A stretch of DNA of 64,000 bases from an uncultured Phycisphaeraceae bacterium. GTDB lineage: Bacteria; Planctomycetota; Phycisphaerae; Phycisphaerales; UBA1924. The position numbers were made by a program, and so were the translations under genes. Positions within the stretch are counted from its first letter, which is position 1, and each line of letters starts with the position of its first letter. The notes below the pieces were generated by a model. The model did not search any database, was not told where the DNA came from, and was given only the letters and a program-made list of their open reading frames with translations. Shown piece after piece: positions 55,272 to 64,000 of this stretch. The stretch spans positions 212,975 through 276,974 of the forward strand of contig CAYVIJ010000001.1 of NCBI GenBank assembly GCA_964451515.1. The letters are read 5' to 3'.

Positions 55272-56438
55272 ATGCCGACGACCGCGCGCGCCGAAACCCT
55301 CGCCATCTCTGGCGGCCAGCCCGTCTCACCCGATCCCATTCCCGTCGTCGCCGTTCGCCTCGCCGATGAGGACGTTGACGCCGCGATCGCGGCCCTGCGC
55401 TCGGGGATGCTCGCCCAGGGGAAGAACGTCCTCGCGCTCGAGGAAGCCTTTGCGGAGCAGACTGGCGCCAGGCACGCCATCGCCTGCGCCAACGGCACGT
55501 GCGCGCTCCAGCTCGCCTACGAGCCACTGATCCAGCCGGGCGACGACGTCCTCGTCTGCGCCTGGGGCTATATCGCCACCGCCTCGATGATCGTCGCCCG
55601 CGGCGCCAATCCCGTCTTCGTCGACGCCGATCCGACCCACTTCACGATCGATCTGGAGAACGCCGCCCGCCGCGTCACCGACAAGACGACCGCCATCGCC
55701 GCCACCCATCTCTACGGCTCGCCCGCCGACCTCGAGGCCGTCCAGCGCTTCGCCTCCGAGCATGGCCTCAAGGTCATCTACGACGCCGCGCAGGCGCACC
55801 TCGCCACGCACGCCGGCAAGGGCCTCGGCGCCTTCGGCGACGCCGCCACCTATTCCTTCTATCCCACCAAGAACATGACCACCGGCGAGGGAGGAATGGT
55901 CACGACCAACGATGACGATCTCGCCCAGCGGCTCCGCCTCCTCCGCTCCCACGGCGAGACGCAGAAGTATCTGCACGAGATCGTTGGCTACAACTATCGC
56001 ATGACCGACGTCGAGGCCGCCATCGGCCTCTCCCAGCTCGAGCGCCTGCCCGAGCTCACCGAGCGCCGCCGAAGCAACGCCGCCGCGCTCGACGCCGTGC
56101 TCGCGGAGATTGAAGGAATCGCCTCGCCCCAGACGCCCACCAGCGAGGATCGCCACGTCTATCACCTCTACGCCGCGAAGCTCGACCAGGAGCAGTTCTC
56201 CTGCACGCGCGACGAGTTCTGCGACGCGCTCCGCGCCGAAGGCGTGCACACGGCGATCCACTATCCGCGCCCGCTGTCGCGCCAGCCTCTCTTCGAGAGC
56301 GCCGCGGTCGACTCCCCCGTCGCCGACTCACTCGCGGCGTCGCTCTTCTGCCTCCCCGTCCATCCATTTCTCGAGGAGCGGCAGCTTCACCTGATCGGCG
56401 CCGCGCTGCGGAAGGTCGCGAGCGCGTACCGGCGATGA
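55272..56438 (+). CDS. DegT/DnrJ/EryC1/StrS-family PLP-dependent sugar aminotransferase
   Basis: The start was trimmed to ATG 55272, which has a GGAGAG RBS. The catalytic Lys motif SFYPTKNMTTGEGG is present. Confidence 0.85.
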   Translation: MPTTARAETLAISGGQPVSPDPIPVVAVRLADEDVDAAIAALRSGMLAQGKNVLALEEAFAEQTGARHAIACANGTCALQLAYEPLIQPGDDVLVCAWGYIATASMIVARGANPVFVDADPTHFTIDLENAARRVTDKTTAIAATHLYGSPADLEAVQRFASEHGLKVIYDAAQAHLATHAGKGLGAFGDAATYSFYPTKNMTTGEGGMVTTNDDDLAQRLRLLRSHGETQKYLHEIVGYNYRMTDVEAAIGLSQLERLPELTERRRSNAAALDAVLAEIEGIASPQTPTSEDRHVYHLYAAKLDQEQFSCTRDEFCDALRAEGVHTAIHYPRPLSRQPLFESAAVDSPVADSLAASLFCLPVHPFLEERQLHLIGAALRKVASAYRR

Positions 56439-56469
56439 TTTCTGGTGGGACGGCTCTCCGAGCCGTCTC

Positions 56470-57459
56470 CTACGGCAGTTCGATCTCCAGCAGCGTCGCC
56501 TGTTCGCTCACCTTCAACTCGATTGTCTTCGCCGAACCCGGAACCAGCGCCGTCGTCCCCGAGCGCAAATCCGCGTCTTCGAGCCGGGCCGAGCCCTTGA
56601 CGCACATCACCGCCACGGGCCCTCCGCCCGTCTTGATCGTCCCGCTCTCGCCTGCCCCCAGATTCCGCTGGTGTACGGTGAAATACTCCGTGCGCACGAG
56701 TTCGCCCCGCCCGCTCCCCTCGAATCGCATCGGCGCCGCGTCCGCCTCGTCCTCGTGCTCGAAGTCGATGCACTCGAGCGCCTGCTGCACATGCAGTTCT
56801 CGCCCCGTCCGTCCCCAGTCGAAGACGCGGAACGTCGTGTCGCTCGGTGTCTGCACTTCCGCGACCAGCACGCCCGCGCCGAGCGCATGCGCGACGCCGC
56901 TCGGCAGGCTGTGAAAATCTCCCGCGCGCGCCGGAACCTGGATCAGATCCTTCTCGACCGATCCCTCCTGGATGTGCCGCGCGAACGTTTCCGCCGTCAC
57001 GCCGCTCCGCAGGCCCTTGTAGATGACCGCGCCGGGTTCCGCCTCGACCACCCACCAGCACTCCGTCTTGAGATGGCTCTCCGGATGCGCCGCCGCGTAC
57101 GCCGGACTCGGATGCGCCTGCACCGAAAGATGCTCCGCCGCGTCGAGATACTTCAGGAGGAGGGGGAATCCGCCGGTCGGCGTGGTCCGGGCGTCGCCAA
57201 GGAGATCACGCCCCATCTTTGCGATCGCTTCGCGCAGGGTCATGCCGGCGCAAGGCCCCGACTCGATGACGCTCCGCGCCGCGCCGCCGCCGCCTCCCGA
57301 CGCGCTTGTCGCGTCCAGATCCGCCAGCTCCCATGATTCGCCGATCCTCTTGGCTTCCGGGAGCGCCTTGCCGAACCGCTCGAGCCGACGCCCCCCCCAG
57401 ACCTTCTCGTAGAGCATCGGTCGCAGGATCATCGGCTCGCGGCTCACCTCGTCCATCAC
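56470..57459 (-). CDS. manA: Mannose-6-phosphate isomerase, type I
   Basis: The N-terminus is YEKVWGG...GESWEL. LSVQAHP is the Zn-ligand motif. Confidence 0.85.
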   Translation of the reverse strand: MMDEVSREPMILRPMLYEKVWGGRRLERFGKALPEAKRIGESWELADLDATSASGGGGGAARSVIESGPCAGMTLREAIAKMGRDLLGDARTTPTGGFPLLLKYLDAAEHLSVQAHPSPAYAAAHPESHLKTECWWVVEAEPGAVIYKGLRSGVTAETFARHIQEGSVEKDLIQVPARAGDFHSLPSGVAHALGAGVLVAEVQTPSDTTFRVFDWGRTGRELHVQQALECIDFEHEDEADAAPMRFEGSGRGELVRTEYFTVHQRNLGAGESGTIKTGGGPVAVMCVKGSARLEDADLRSGTTALVPGSAKTIELKVSEQATLLEIELP

Positions 57460-58697
57460 GCGCCCTCTCCCTCGAGCTCACGATCGGGCGCCTCGCCCGA
57501 CTGGGAAGCCGTCTTCCTCTTCTTCCGCGCCGCCTTGCGGACGACGCGCCGCAAATCCGCGACATCCATCTCGTCCACCCGCAGCATTGTCGACCCGCGC
57601 GGGCCCTTCTCATGCGGACCATACAGCGCCGAGCACAGCAGGCCGATCCGCTCCTGCTGGGGGTCCGTGAGCCGGCATGGGCCAAGCGATGACGCGATCG
57701 CGCGCACGCGCTCCACCACGTCCTCGATCGCTCGCTCATCCGTCTCACCCGCCAGATCCGCGACGCTGAACGCGTCGCCTTGTGCAAAAAGCGTGATCCG
57801 AGCCCAGCCGCCTCGCTCCGCCGGACCGACCGCGATCACCGCCAGCGACGCCAGGTCTCCGCACCAGGCGCACCCCTTCGATGCGAGCGCCTTCGCCCGC
57901 TCCAGACGGTCCTTCAGCATCGCCGCCTCCTCGAACTCCCGCGACTCCGAGGCCCGCTGCATCTCCTCCGCCAGTGCTTCCAGACTTCGCGTCGCCGGCG
58001 CCGCCGCGAACGCCGCCGCCGCGGCAATCCGAGCGCGGTACGTCTCCATCGCCTCGCTGCCGTCGCATGGCGCCGGGCACTTGCCCATCTCCTTGTACGC
58101 GCACGCCAGCCCATTCGGCGCCTGCACGAGGATGTGGTGATACCGGCACAGGTCGAAGAGGTCGTCCAGCGTCTCCGCCGCCCTCTGGGCCGCATGCTTG
58201 TCGCGGAAGGGGCCGATCAGCCGCCCCCGATCTGGCGGGGCGGCGGCGCCCTTGGTCGCCAGCCAGCCTGGGAGAGCCACCTTCGTCCAGCGGGGGAATC
58301 GCTCCTCCGGATCCACATGCAGGAACCAGCCCTGCCATTGCCGGCACGCCTCGCGGTGCGTCGCCTCCGCGAGATCCCGCGCCGTCTCGAGAAAGAGCAG
58401 ATCCCGCTCGAAGTCCGAACCCGCGGTCGCCCAGCGCACGCGCCCCACCACGGCTCGCAGATCCGCGCGGCGCGTCCGATCCTCCGACTGCTCCGTTGGC
58501 GTCAGCCGCCGCCGGATCGCATCGCGCACACTCGCCGTCGAGACGATCTGCACGACCTCGCCATCGTTTGTTTCGAGACAGACCACGCCCGCGCGCGCCG
58601 GCGCCAATTCCAACGACCATTCGGATGAATCGATCTCGTGGGGCGCCGACAGCCTCGACCGCAGGGCGGGCCAGCCGATCGCGCCGCCGCTTCGCAT
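57456..58697 (-). CDS. UvrC-like protein carrying only the N-terminal modules (GIY-YIG-like, Cys-rich, UVR domain) and lacking the C-terminal endonuclease/HhH region
   Basis: GPFRDKHAAQRAAETLDDLFDLCRY and CAYKEMGKCPAPCDG match the UvrC Cys-rich region. EEAAMLKDRLERAKAL is the UVR motif. The start was trimmed to ATG 58697. Confidence 0.5.
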   Translation of the reverse strand: MRSGGAIGWPALRSRLSAPHEIDSSEWSLELAPARAGVVCLETNDGEVVQIVSTASVRDAIRRRLTPTEQSEDRTRRADLRAVVGRVRWATAGSDFERDLLFLETARDLAEATHREACRQWQGWFLHVDPEERFPRWTKVALPGWLATKGAAAPPDRGRLIGPFRDKHAAQRAAETLDDLFDLCRYHHILVQAPNGLACAYKEMGKCPAPCDGSEAMETYRARIAAAAAFAAAPATRSLEALAEEMQRASESREFEEAAMLKDRLERAKALASKGCAWCGDLASLAVIAVGPAERGGWARITLFAQGDAFSVADLAGETDERAIEDVVERVRAIASSLGPCRLTDPQQERIGLLCSALYGPHEKGPRGSTMLRVDEMDVADLRRVVRKAARKKRKTASQSGEAPDRELEGEGA

Positions 58698-58752
58698 CAC
58701 GCCCGCCCGCGCGCGTCCGTCTCGCTCGTCCTGCCCGGCGCTGGACCGCCGC

Positions 58753-59286
58753 TCAAAGGACCATCCCCGTGATGCGGCTCTCGAAGACGAGCTTGCCGTC
58801 CACGACGCCCTGGACGTCGCTGATGAACCGCCGCGGGCGATACTTGACCGCCTGCGCCAGAAACAGGAGGTCGTCACCGGGACGGACCTGTCCCCGGAAG
58901 ACCGTGTCATCGATGCGCGTGAAACCGACGATGCAGGGCTCGCCGCGCCGGGCGTAGAAGAGGTAGCTCGCGAGCTGCGCCCCCCCTTCAACCATGAGCA
59001 CGCCTGGCATCATCGGTCGCCCGGGGAAATGCCCCTGGACCCAGAACTCGTCCTCCCGCACATGCTTGACCCCGACGGCCCGCTGGAAGGTCTTCTGATG
59101 CCAGATCACGCGATCCAGCATCACGATGTCTCCCCGATGCGGATTCCACTTCTCCAGATCGGCGCGCGACAAGGCCGTCTGGGTCAGGTCGATTCCGTCC
59201 AGATCAAAAAGGAGGGTGTTGGGGCGGCGCTGCGGGGAGCGCCCCCCCCCTCCCTCGACCATGAGTGCTGATTCGGCTTTGGTCAT
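58753..59286 (-). CDS. fabZ: FabZ/FabA-like hotdog-fold 3-hydroxyacyl-ACP dehydratase
   Basis: The N-terminus is WNPHRGDIVMLDRV. HFPGRPMMPGVLMVEGGAQL is the catalytic His motif. Confidence 0.7.
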   Translation of the reverse strand: MTKAESALMVEGGGGRSPQRRPNTLLFDLDGIDLTQTALSRADLEKWNPHRGDIVMLDRVIWHQKTFQRAVGVKHVREDEFWVQGHFPGRPMMPGVLMVEGGAQLASYLFYARRGEPCIVGFTRIDDTVFRGQVRPGDDLLFLAQAVKYRPRRFISDVQGVVDGKLVFESRITGMVL

Positions 59287-59459
59287 TCTTCGGTGTCGCG
59301 CTGCTCAAGCACCTTCTGACGCACGGCCTGGGCGGTGTTTTTCACCTCCTGCATGACTTTCCGCACGCGCGTCCCAGCGGCCTTGTTCCCGCCCTCCGCC
59401 TTCATCATGTCCTCTTCGATGTCCTTTAGGAGCTGCTTCAGGTGCTCGAATTCTTCCAC
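59283..59459 (-). CDS. hctA: Hc1-like histone H1-like nucleoid protein (58 aa). It is absent from the ORF track because it is under 60 aa
   Basis: It starts with GTG, and GGAGAG lies 7 nt upstream. The sequence EEFEHLKQLLKDIEEDMMKAEGGNKAAGTRVRKVMQEVKNTAQAVRQKVLEQRDTEE matches the chlamydial Hc1 N-terminal domain (LLKAEKGNKAAAQRVR...KTAK..RK). Confidence 0.5.
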   Translation of the reverse strand: MEEFEHLKQLLKDIEEDMMKAEGGNKAAGTRVRKVMQEVKNTAQAVRQKVLEQRDTEE

Positions 59460-59497
59460 GGGTGCTCTCCACGTTGGCGCATGGTTGATTCATTCGA

Positions 59498-59524
59498 CCC
59501 GAGGGCGGTGGCCCCTCCCTCGGG
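59498..59524 (-). terminator. Stem-loop downstream of the GGDEF gene (8-bp perfect stem, no U-tract)
   Basis: The hairpin is cccgaggg-(11 nt)-ccctcggg. Confidence 0.25.
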
Positions 59525-59585
59525 CAAGCGGCCACTATCTTCCCGAAATCCCCGCTGTTGGCAAGCCCAGCGGCTTACCCACCCC

Positions 59586-60947
59586 TCATTGGCCCTCCTC
59601 CGAGTCTGATTCCTCGCTCACTCGCCCGCATCGCCGCTCCGCGCCCGGGCCCAGCGTGATCACGTTTTTCCCCTGCCTTTTTGAAGTCATAGCGAGCTGA
59701 TCCGCACGCTCCAGCAGCTCCTCCGCCGTCGCGCCATCCCACGGAAAAGTCGTCATGCCACCCGAGATCGTGAGCGTCGATCCCGCCTCGACACCCAATT
59801 TTGGGAAGCGACGGTCGCAAATCGCCTGCTGGAACCGCCACGCGATGGTTCCGATCGACACCGGATGGCGGCTGCCCTCCTGCCGCGGACCGCGCGGCTC
59901 GTTGAACACCACCACGAACTCATCGCCCCCGAGCCGGCAGACCCGATCCGTGGGGCGGACGAGCGACGTGAGCAGCCGCACGGTCTCCTGGAGGATCTCA
60001 TCCCCCGCCGCGTGCCCGAAGGCGTCGTTGTACTGCTTGAACTCGTCGATGTCGAAGAGCAGGACCGTCAGATCATGGCGGGCCGCGCGGGCGTGCTCGA
60101 TCGCCGCTGGCAAGAACCGCTCGAGATACCGTCGGTTCCAGGCGCCGGTGAGGGGATCCGTGAACGCCGCGCGCCGGAGTTGACGCTGCTGAGCGCCTAC
60201 CGCAGCCCAGAGCGCCAGCCGCGTCGCAGCCTCCTCCAACTCGCCGCCGCCGATCCGCTCCCCGACCAGATGTCCGAAGACCACGCCATTTCGCTCGACC
60301 GCCGCGCCTCCCTCTCCCGCCTCGACCAGTCGCAGCCCAGGATCGCCATACGCCTCGCGCAACGTGCGAAGACCGACATCGACCACGTCGCCCCCGCTCA
60401 GGATCTCCTCCAGCCCGGCTCGTTCATCGATCGACGGGCGCGGCGTGCGATCCGAGTCCAGCGGAGGTGAAGGCGCATGTGTCTCGAGCGTGTTGCTCCC
60501 GGGTTCGCCGGGAGGCGCCTCCTCCGCTGCGTCCCCGGACGGCGCCGGAACATCGTCATGGATGAGACCGCTTCCCAGCGTGCGCTCCACGGCCCGCCGG
60601 AGCATCACATGGTCGGCGTCGGCGGCGATGAGCCCGTCATACGGGCCTCGATCGTGATGTTCGTCCCCAACCCCAAGGACGATGATCTCCTCGCCCAGGC
60701 TCTTGACGCCCGCCACGAAGGACGCCGACTCCTCCTCGCTCAGGGCGCCCGGGGCCACGACCACCACCGTGCGGGAGGGCGATTCGTCATCGATGGGCGA
60801 CGCCGCCTCTCCGATGGCGTCCAGCGCCGTCCGACTTCGCACCAGTTCGATCCCGGCGTCGCGCCGCAGCGCGCGCTCCAGATCGCTCGTTCCCGCCAGA
60901 ACAACGCGGAGATCCGCCGGCCGGTCCATCGCCTCGAGCCGGCTCAT
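59586..60947 (-). CDS. Diguanylate cyclase (GGDEF domain) with an N-terminal degenerate receiver-like domain
   Basis: The GGDEF motif is RLGGDEFVVVF. RYLE and DIDEFKQYND are upstream of it. Confidence 0.85.
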   Translation of the reverse strand: MSRLEAMDRPADLRVVLAGTSDLERALRRDAGIELVRSRTALDAIGEAASPIDDESPSRTVVVVAPGALSEEESASFVAGVKSLGEEIIVLGVGDEHHDRGPYDGLIAADADHVMLRRAVERTLGSGLIHDDVPAPSGDAAEEAPPGEPGSNTLETHAPSPPLDSDRTPRPSIDERAGLEEILSGGDVVDVGLRTLREAYGDPGLRLVEAGEGGAAVERNGVVFGHLVGERIGGGELEEAATRLALWAAVGAQQRQLRRAAFTDPLTGAWNRRYLERFLPAAIEHARAARHDLTVLLFDIDEFKQYNDAFGHAAGDEILQETVRLLTSLVRPTDRVCRLGGDEFVVVFNEPRGPRQEGSRHPVSIGTIAWRFQQAICDRRFPKLGVEAGSTLTISGGMTTFPWDGATAEELLERADQLAMTSKRQGKNVITLGPGAERRCGRVSEESDSEEGQ

Positions 60948-61528
60948 GGTCGGCCCCCATCCTCATCCTCAGGCAACGGGCCATCGGAGAGGAGCATCTC
61001 CAGCTCCTCGTCCGTCAGCAGCTCCCGGGCGCTCCGCGCCGCCTCCTCCTCCGCACCCTCCTCATCCGGGAGCGTCTCGGCGATCTCCGACGCCCCGGCG
61101 GGCGACAGATCGGCGCCGGCCAGGCGGAGTGGCGGCGTGTCGACGCGGCCTCCGAAGCCCATGCGACCGCCCGTTGGATCCATGCCGTTGGTGGTCGTCA
61201 CCTCCCCTCGATCAAGCACATACCCGCGCAGTTTCGGTTCCGAGTCGGCGTCGTAGCGCCAGCGGTTGACCTCGGGAGCGAAGCGCTCGACCGCCCGCAT
61301 GAGCTCCGCGGAGCGGTGGACCCGCTCGGGCTCGACCACCAGCAGGGTGACGATGCCCGATTCCTCCCGCGAAGCCCGCAGGACGTCCGCCATGGCCTGG
61401 AAAGGATCGCGAACCTCGCTTGCGGCCACCCCTCGACGCGCCAGCGACGCTGAGAGCGCCGACGGAACCCCCTCAGGCGCCAGCACGACGCACCGCACTT
61501 CGCCTCCGCTCTGCCCGGATTCCGACAT
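60944..61528 (-). CDS. Hypothetical protein with a receiver-like fold, paralogous to the diguanylate-cyclase N-terminus
   Basis: The architecture VRCVVLAP...TLLVVEPE is similar to the adjacent gene's N-terminus. It has an acidic C-terminal tail. Confidence 0.35.
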   Translation of the reverse strand: MSESGQSGGEVRCVVLAPEGVPSALSASLARRGVAASEVRDPFQAMADVLRASREESGIVTLLVVEPERVHRSAELMRAVERFAPEVNRWRYDADSEPKLRGYVLDRGEVTTTNGMDPTGGRMGFGGRVDTPPLRLAGADLSPAGASEIAETLPDEEGAEEEAARSARELLTDEELEMLLSDGPLPEDEDGGRP

Positions 61529-61628
61529 GTTCGAAGTCTATCACGCCGAAGGACGGTTCCCGAGTGGAAAACGCCTCTGCGTCCGAGAACGGGCCCACTT
61601 TTCCCTGCTGCGGACACCGCCGTTGTGC

Positions 61629-62756
61629 TCAGCCGCGCACCAGCGCCTCCGCGATCCGATCCGCCCCATCCGCAGATCCAAGTCCCCGCAATGCGCGCGC
61701 CATGCGCCCACGCTCGTTCGGATCAGACAGAATCCGCTCCAGCGCCCCATCCAGCGTCTCGGCGTTTGTCAGGGGGTCGACAGCGTCCCGCAGCACGACC
61801 GCGCCGCCCGCCTCCTCCAGCACGCCCGCATTGCGCCGCTGATGCTCGTCCTTGTGGAAGGGGTAGGGGAGGAAGACTGTCGGCGTCGCATTCGCCCACG
61901 CCTCCGCCACACTCCCCGCTCCCGCCCGGCTCACGACCGCGTCCGCCGCGCCCCACGCCGCTCCGACGTGCTCAACGAACTCCACGATGCGCGCATGGAC
62001 GCCGGCCTTCTCGTACACCTCCGCCAGATCATCCGCCTCCGCGAAGCCGCCGCCCGTCTGATGCAGAATCTGCATGCCGCGCATCCACCCGGGCTCTCTT
62101 CGAGCGAGCTCAAGCATTCCGAGGTTCACCGTGCGCGCGCCCTGGCTCCCCCCCAGGACGACGAGCGTCCGCCCTTCCGCCTCAAGCTCGAGCTGCTTCC
62201 GACACGCTGCGGCGTCGCCCGGAGCGAAGGCGGCGCTCCGCACGACGGGCCGGATCAACTCCCAGCCCGTCCGCTCGCGATCGAGCCGGGCAGCCGTGAA
62301 GACGCGCTCCGCATGGCGCGCCGCCCAGCGATTCGCCAGCCCCGGCGCCGCGTCGAGGTTGACGAGCGTCACCGGCGCGCCCTCGACCCGCGCCGCCTGC
62401 ACGACCGGCGCGCTGACGTACCCACCGACGGCGCAGATGCGCACGTCGAAGTCCGTGCGCAGTTCACGGATCAGCGCGCGCGCCTCGCGTACGCACTTTC
62501 CCCAGTTGCGCGCAAGCCTGAGGAGCCCGAGCGGCCGCAGCGAGAAGGGTCGCGCGGGGATGGGCCGAAAGTCGATCTTGTCGGCGCCCCCGCTCGCCTG
62601 CTCGAGAATCCGCCGATCGATTTCCTTTTCGGAGCAGACGACGATCGTCCGCGCGTCGGCGCGCGCCGCCAGCACGCGCTCCCGGATCGCCAGTGCCGGG
62701 AAGACGTGTCCGCCCGACCCACCCCCCGCGAAGATGATGGCGAGTCCGTTCGACAC
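61629..62756 (-). CDS. murG: Undecaprenyldiphospho-muramoylpentapeptide beta-N-acetylglucosaminyltransferase
   Basis: The N-terminus is IIFAGGGSGGHVFPALAI. The GT28 C-terminal domain is present. The likely start is GTG 62756. The raw 664-aa ORF is over-extended into ftsW. Confidence 0.85.
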   Translation of the reverse strand: MSNGLAIIFAGGGSGGHVFPALAIRERVLAARADARTIVVCSEKEIDRRILEQASGGADKIDFRPIPARPFSLRPLGLLRLARNWGKCVREARALIRELRTDFDVRICAVGGYVSAPVVQAARVEGAPVTLVNLDAAPGLANRWAARHAERVFTAARLDRERTGWELIRPVVRSAAFAPGDAAACRKQLELEAEGRTLVVLGGSQGARTVNLGMLELARREPGWMRGMQILHQTGGGFAEADDLAEVYEKAGVHARIVEFVEHVGAAWGAADAVVSRAGAGSVAEAWANATPTVFLPYPFHKDEHQRRNAGVLEEAGGAVVLRDAVDPLTNAETLDGALERILSDPNERGRMARALRGLGSADGADRIAEALVRG

Positions 62757-62782
62757 GGGTGGGGTTCTACACGATCGGAGGG

Positions 62783-64000
62783 TCAGCCGATGGTCGCCAT
62801 GCCGCTCGCGCGACCACGCGCGACGCGCGTCTCCACCAGCGGCGCTTCCTCCCGCCCCGCATCTTCGTCGCAGGCAGGCGCCTCGATCCGGATATCCCGC
62901 TCCGCCGCCATCAGCAGACCCAGCGTCGCGGCCGTGAGCAGCCAGCCGGTGCCGCCGGCGCTGAGCAGTGGGAGGGCGATGCCCTTCGTCGGGCCCAGCC
63001 CGGTTACGACCATCAGGTTGAGGACTGCCTGGAGGCCCAGCGTCGCGAGGATGCCCAGGCCTGCAAGCTGCACGACTCGCGACGGATGCCGCCGCGCGAT
63101 GCCCCAGCCGCTGATGAGAATGCCCGTATAGAGCGAGACGACCACGAGCGCGCCGACGATCCCCAACTCCTCGCAGATCACGGCGAAAAGGAAGTCGCTG
63201 CCGTCCGCGGGCAGATACCCAAACTTCTGGAGTCCGAAGCCGAGCCCGCGACCGAAGACGCGTCCATTCGCCACGGCCGTGAGCGACTGGATCATGTGGT
63301 ATCCCGCGCCGCTGGGGTCGGCGAAGGGATCGAGGAACGTCGCGAGGCGCTGCATGCGGTAGGGGCGGGCCAGCACAGCGGCCGTCACCGCCAGCAGACC
63401 CACCGGCGCCAGCGCGGCGAAGTGCCACACGCGCGCTCCCCCGGCGATGAGCACCAGCGAGCATGCGGCCGCGATCAGCACGGCCGTCCCAAGATCCTCC
63501 AGCGCGATCACCGCCGCCACCGCGCCCACGGCGCACAGGGCCGGGGCCAGCCCGCGCCAGAAGAACCGCAGCGCCGTCGGGCGCGCCGCGGCGTAGAGCG
63601 CGATGACGAGGACCATGCCCCATTTTGCGACTTCGCTGGGCTGAAAGCTGAGCAGGTCGGGCAGCGGCGCCGGCGCGCCGATCCAGCGCTTGGCGCCGTT
63701 GATCTCCCGACCGACGCTCGGAACATACACCAGCGCACAGAGGGCGACGAGCAGGGCGGTGGGCCAGATGAGCCCAAGCCGCTCGCCCAGGCAGGTCCCG
63801 AAGCGGCGGGCCGGGTCTAGCGCCGTCAGCCGTCCGAGGGGGGCGCGGGAGACGAGGAGCATCAGCCCGATGGCGATTCCGGCGTAGAAGGCGTGCTTGC
63901 TGGTCACGATCGACCAGAACGTGACGCCCCCCGCCTCGCCCCCCGCCTCTCCGACGCTGAACCCCGCCGAATTGACCATGAGCACGCCCAGCAGCAGCAG
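62783..64000 (-). CDS. ftsW: SEDS-family cell division protein FtsW (the N-terminus extends beyond the window)
   Basis: It is a multi-TM protein with SEDS motifs (GAKRWI, SEVAKW, LPADGSDF). It lies upstream of murG, as in the dcw cluster. Confidence 0.8.
   Translation of the reverse strand: MLLLGVLMVNSAGFSVGEAGGEAGGVTFWSIVTSKHAFYAGIAIGLMLLVSRAPLGRLTALDPARRFGTCLGERLGLIWPTALLVALCALVYVPSVGREINGAKRWIGAPAPLPDLLSFQPSEVAKWGMVLVIALYAAARPTALRFFWRGLAPALCAVGAVAAVIALEDLGTAVLIAAACSLVLIAGGARVWHFAALAPVGLLAVTAAVLARPYRMQRLATFLDPFADPSGAGYHMIQSLTAVANGRVFGRGLGFGLQKFGYLPADGSDFLFAVICEELGIVGALVVVSLYTGILISGWGIARRHPSRVVQLAGLGILATLGLQAVLNLMVVTGLGPTKGIALPLLSAGGTGWLLTAATLGLLMAAERDIRIEAPACDEDAGREEAPLVETRVARGRASGMATIG

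Noticed and set aside
58698-58991. Ser/Arg-rich N-terminal 98 codons of the UvrC-like ORF
   Set aside because: It is low-complexity and would overlap the fabZ-like gene. An internal ATG at 58697 fits better.
61266-63131. 621-aa plus-strand ORF
   Set aside because: It is antisense to murG and ftsW, has Arg/Ala/Pro-rich low-complexity composition, and is a typical high-GC shadow ORF.
1-64000. CRISPR arrays or mobile elements
   Set aside because: No regularly spaced direct repeats, transposase, integrase or IS terminal inverted repeats were seen.

Overview
This is a high-GC (roughly 70%) bacterial chromosomal segment that looks Planctomycetota-like. The evidence is a DUF1559/prepilin 'H-X9-DG' protein (51350-52444), PEP-CTERM-type secreted proteins, and an Hc1-like histone-like gene. 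There is no transposase, integrase, CRISPR array or other mobile-element signal, so the window appears to be core genome.

The two ends carry housekeeping genes: rpoZ, coaC, lemA, mfd, comEA-like, purC, bioA, a homocysteine S-methyltransferase, a flotillin-like SPFH protein, a Ser/Thr kinase, ridA, manA, murG, ftsW (partial), and two tRNAs (Ser-GCT and Gln-CTG).

The centre (about 16.5-42.7 kb) is one long, co-directional, tightly overlapping operon for exopolysaccharide biosynthesis that is coupled to an exosortase/PEP-CTERM sorting system. Its components are:
- a Wzx-like flippase, a Wzy-like polymerase, a Wzc-like chain-length/ATPase protein and a priming sugar-phosphate transferase;
- two GT2 glycosyltransferases, two GT4 glycosyltransferases, a split Alg14/Alg13 glycosyltransferase, and a UDP-sugar dehydrogenase;
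- an RmlC-like cupin, an RmlA-like nucleotidyltransferase, a PAPS-type sulfotransferase and two SAM methyltransferases;
- an exosortase with its EpsI partner, a 1395-aa TPR protein, and PEP-CTERM-like substrates.

Many long ORFs in the six-frame track are GC-driven shadow ORFs or 5' over-extensions. I trimmed several starts to the first plausible start codon with an RBS or an overlap with the upstream stop. All functional calls rest on motif-level reading of the translations with no database search, so family assignments are inferences.
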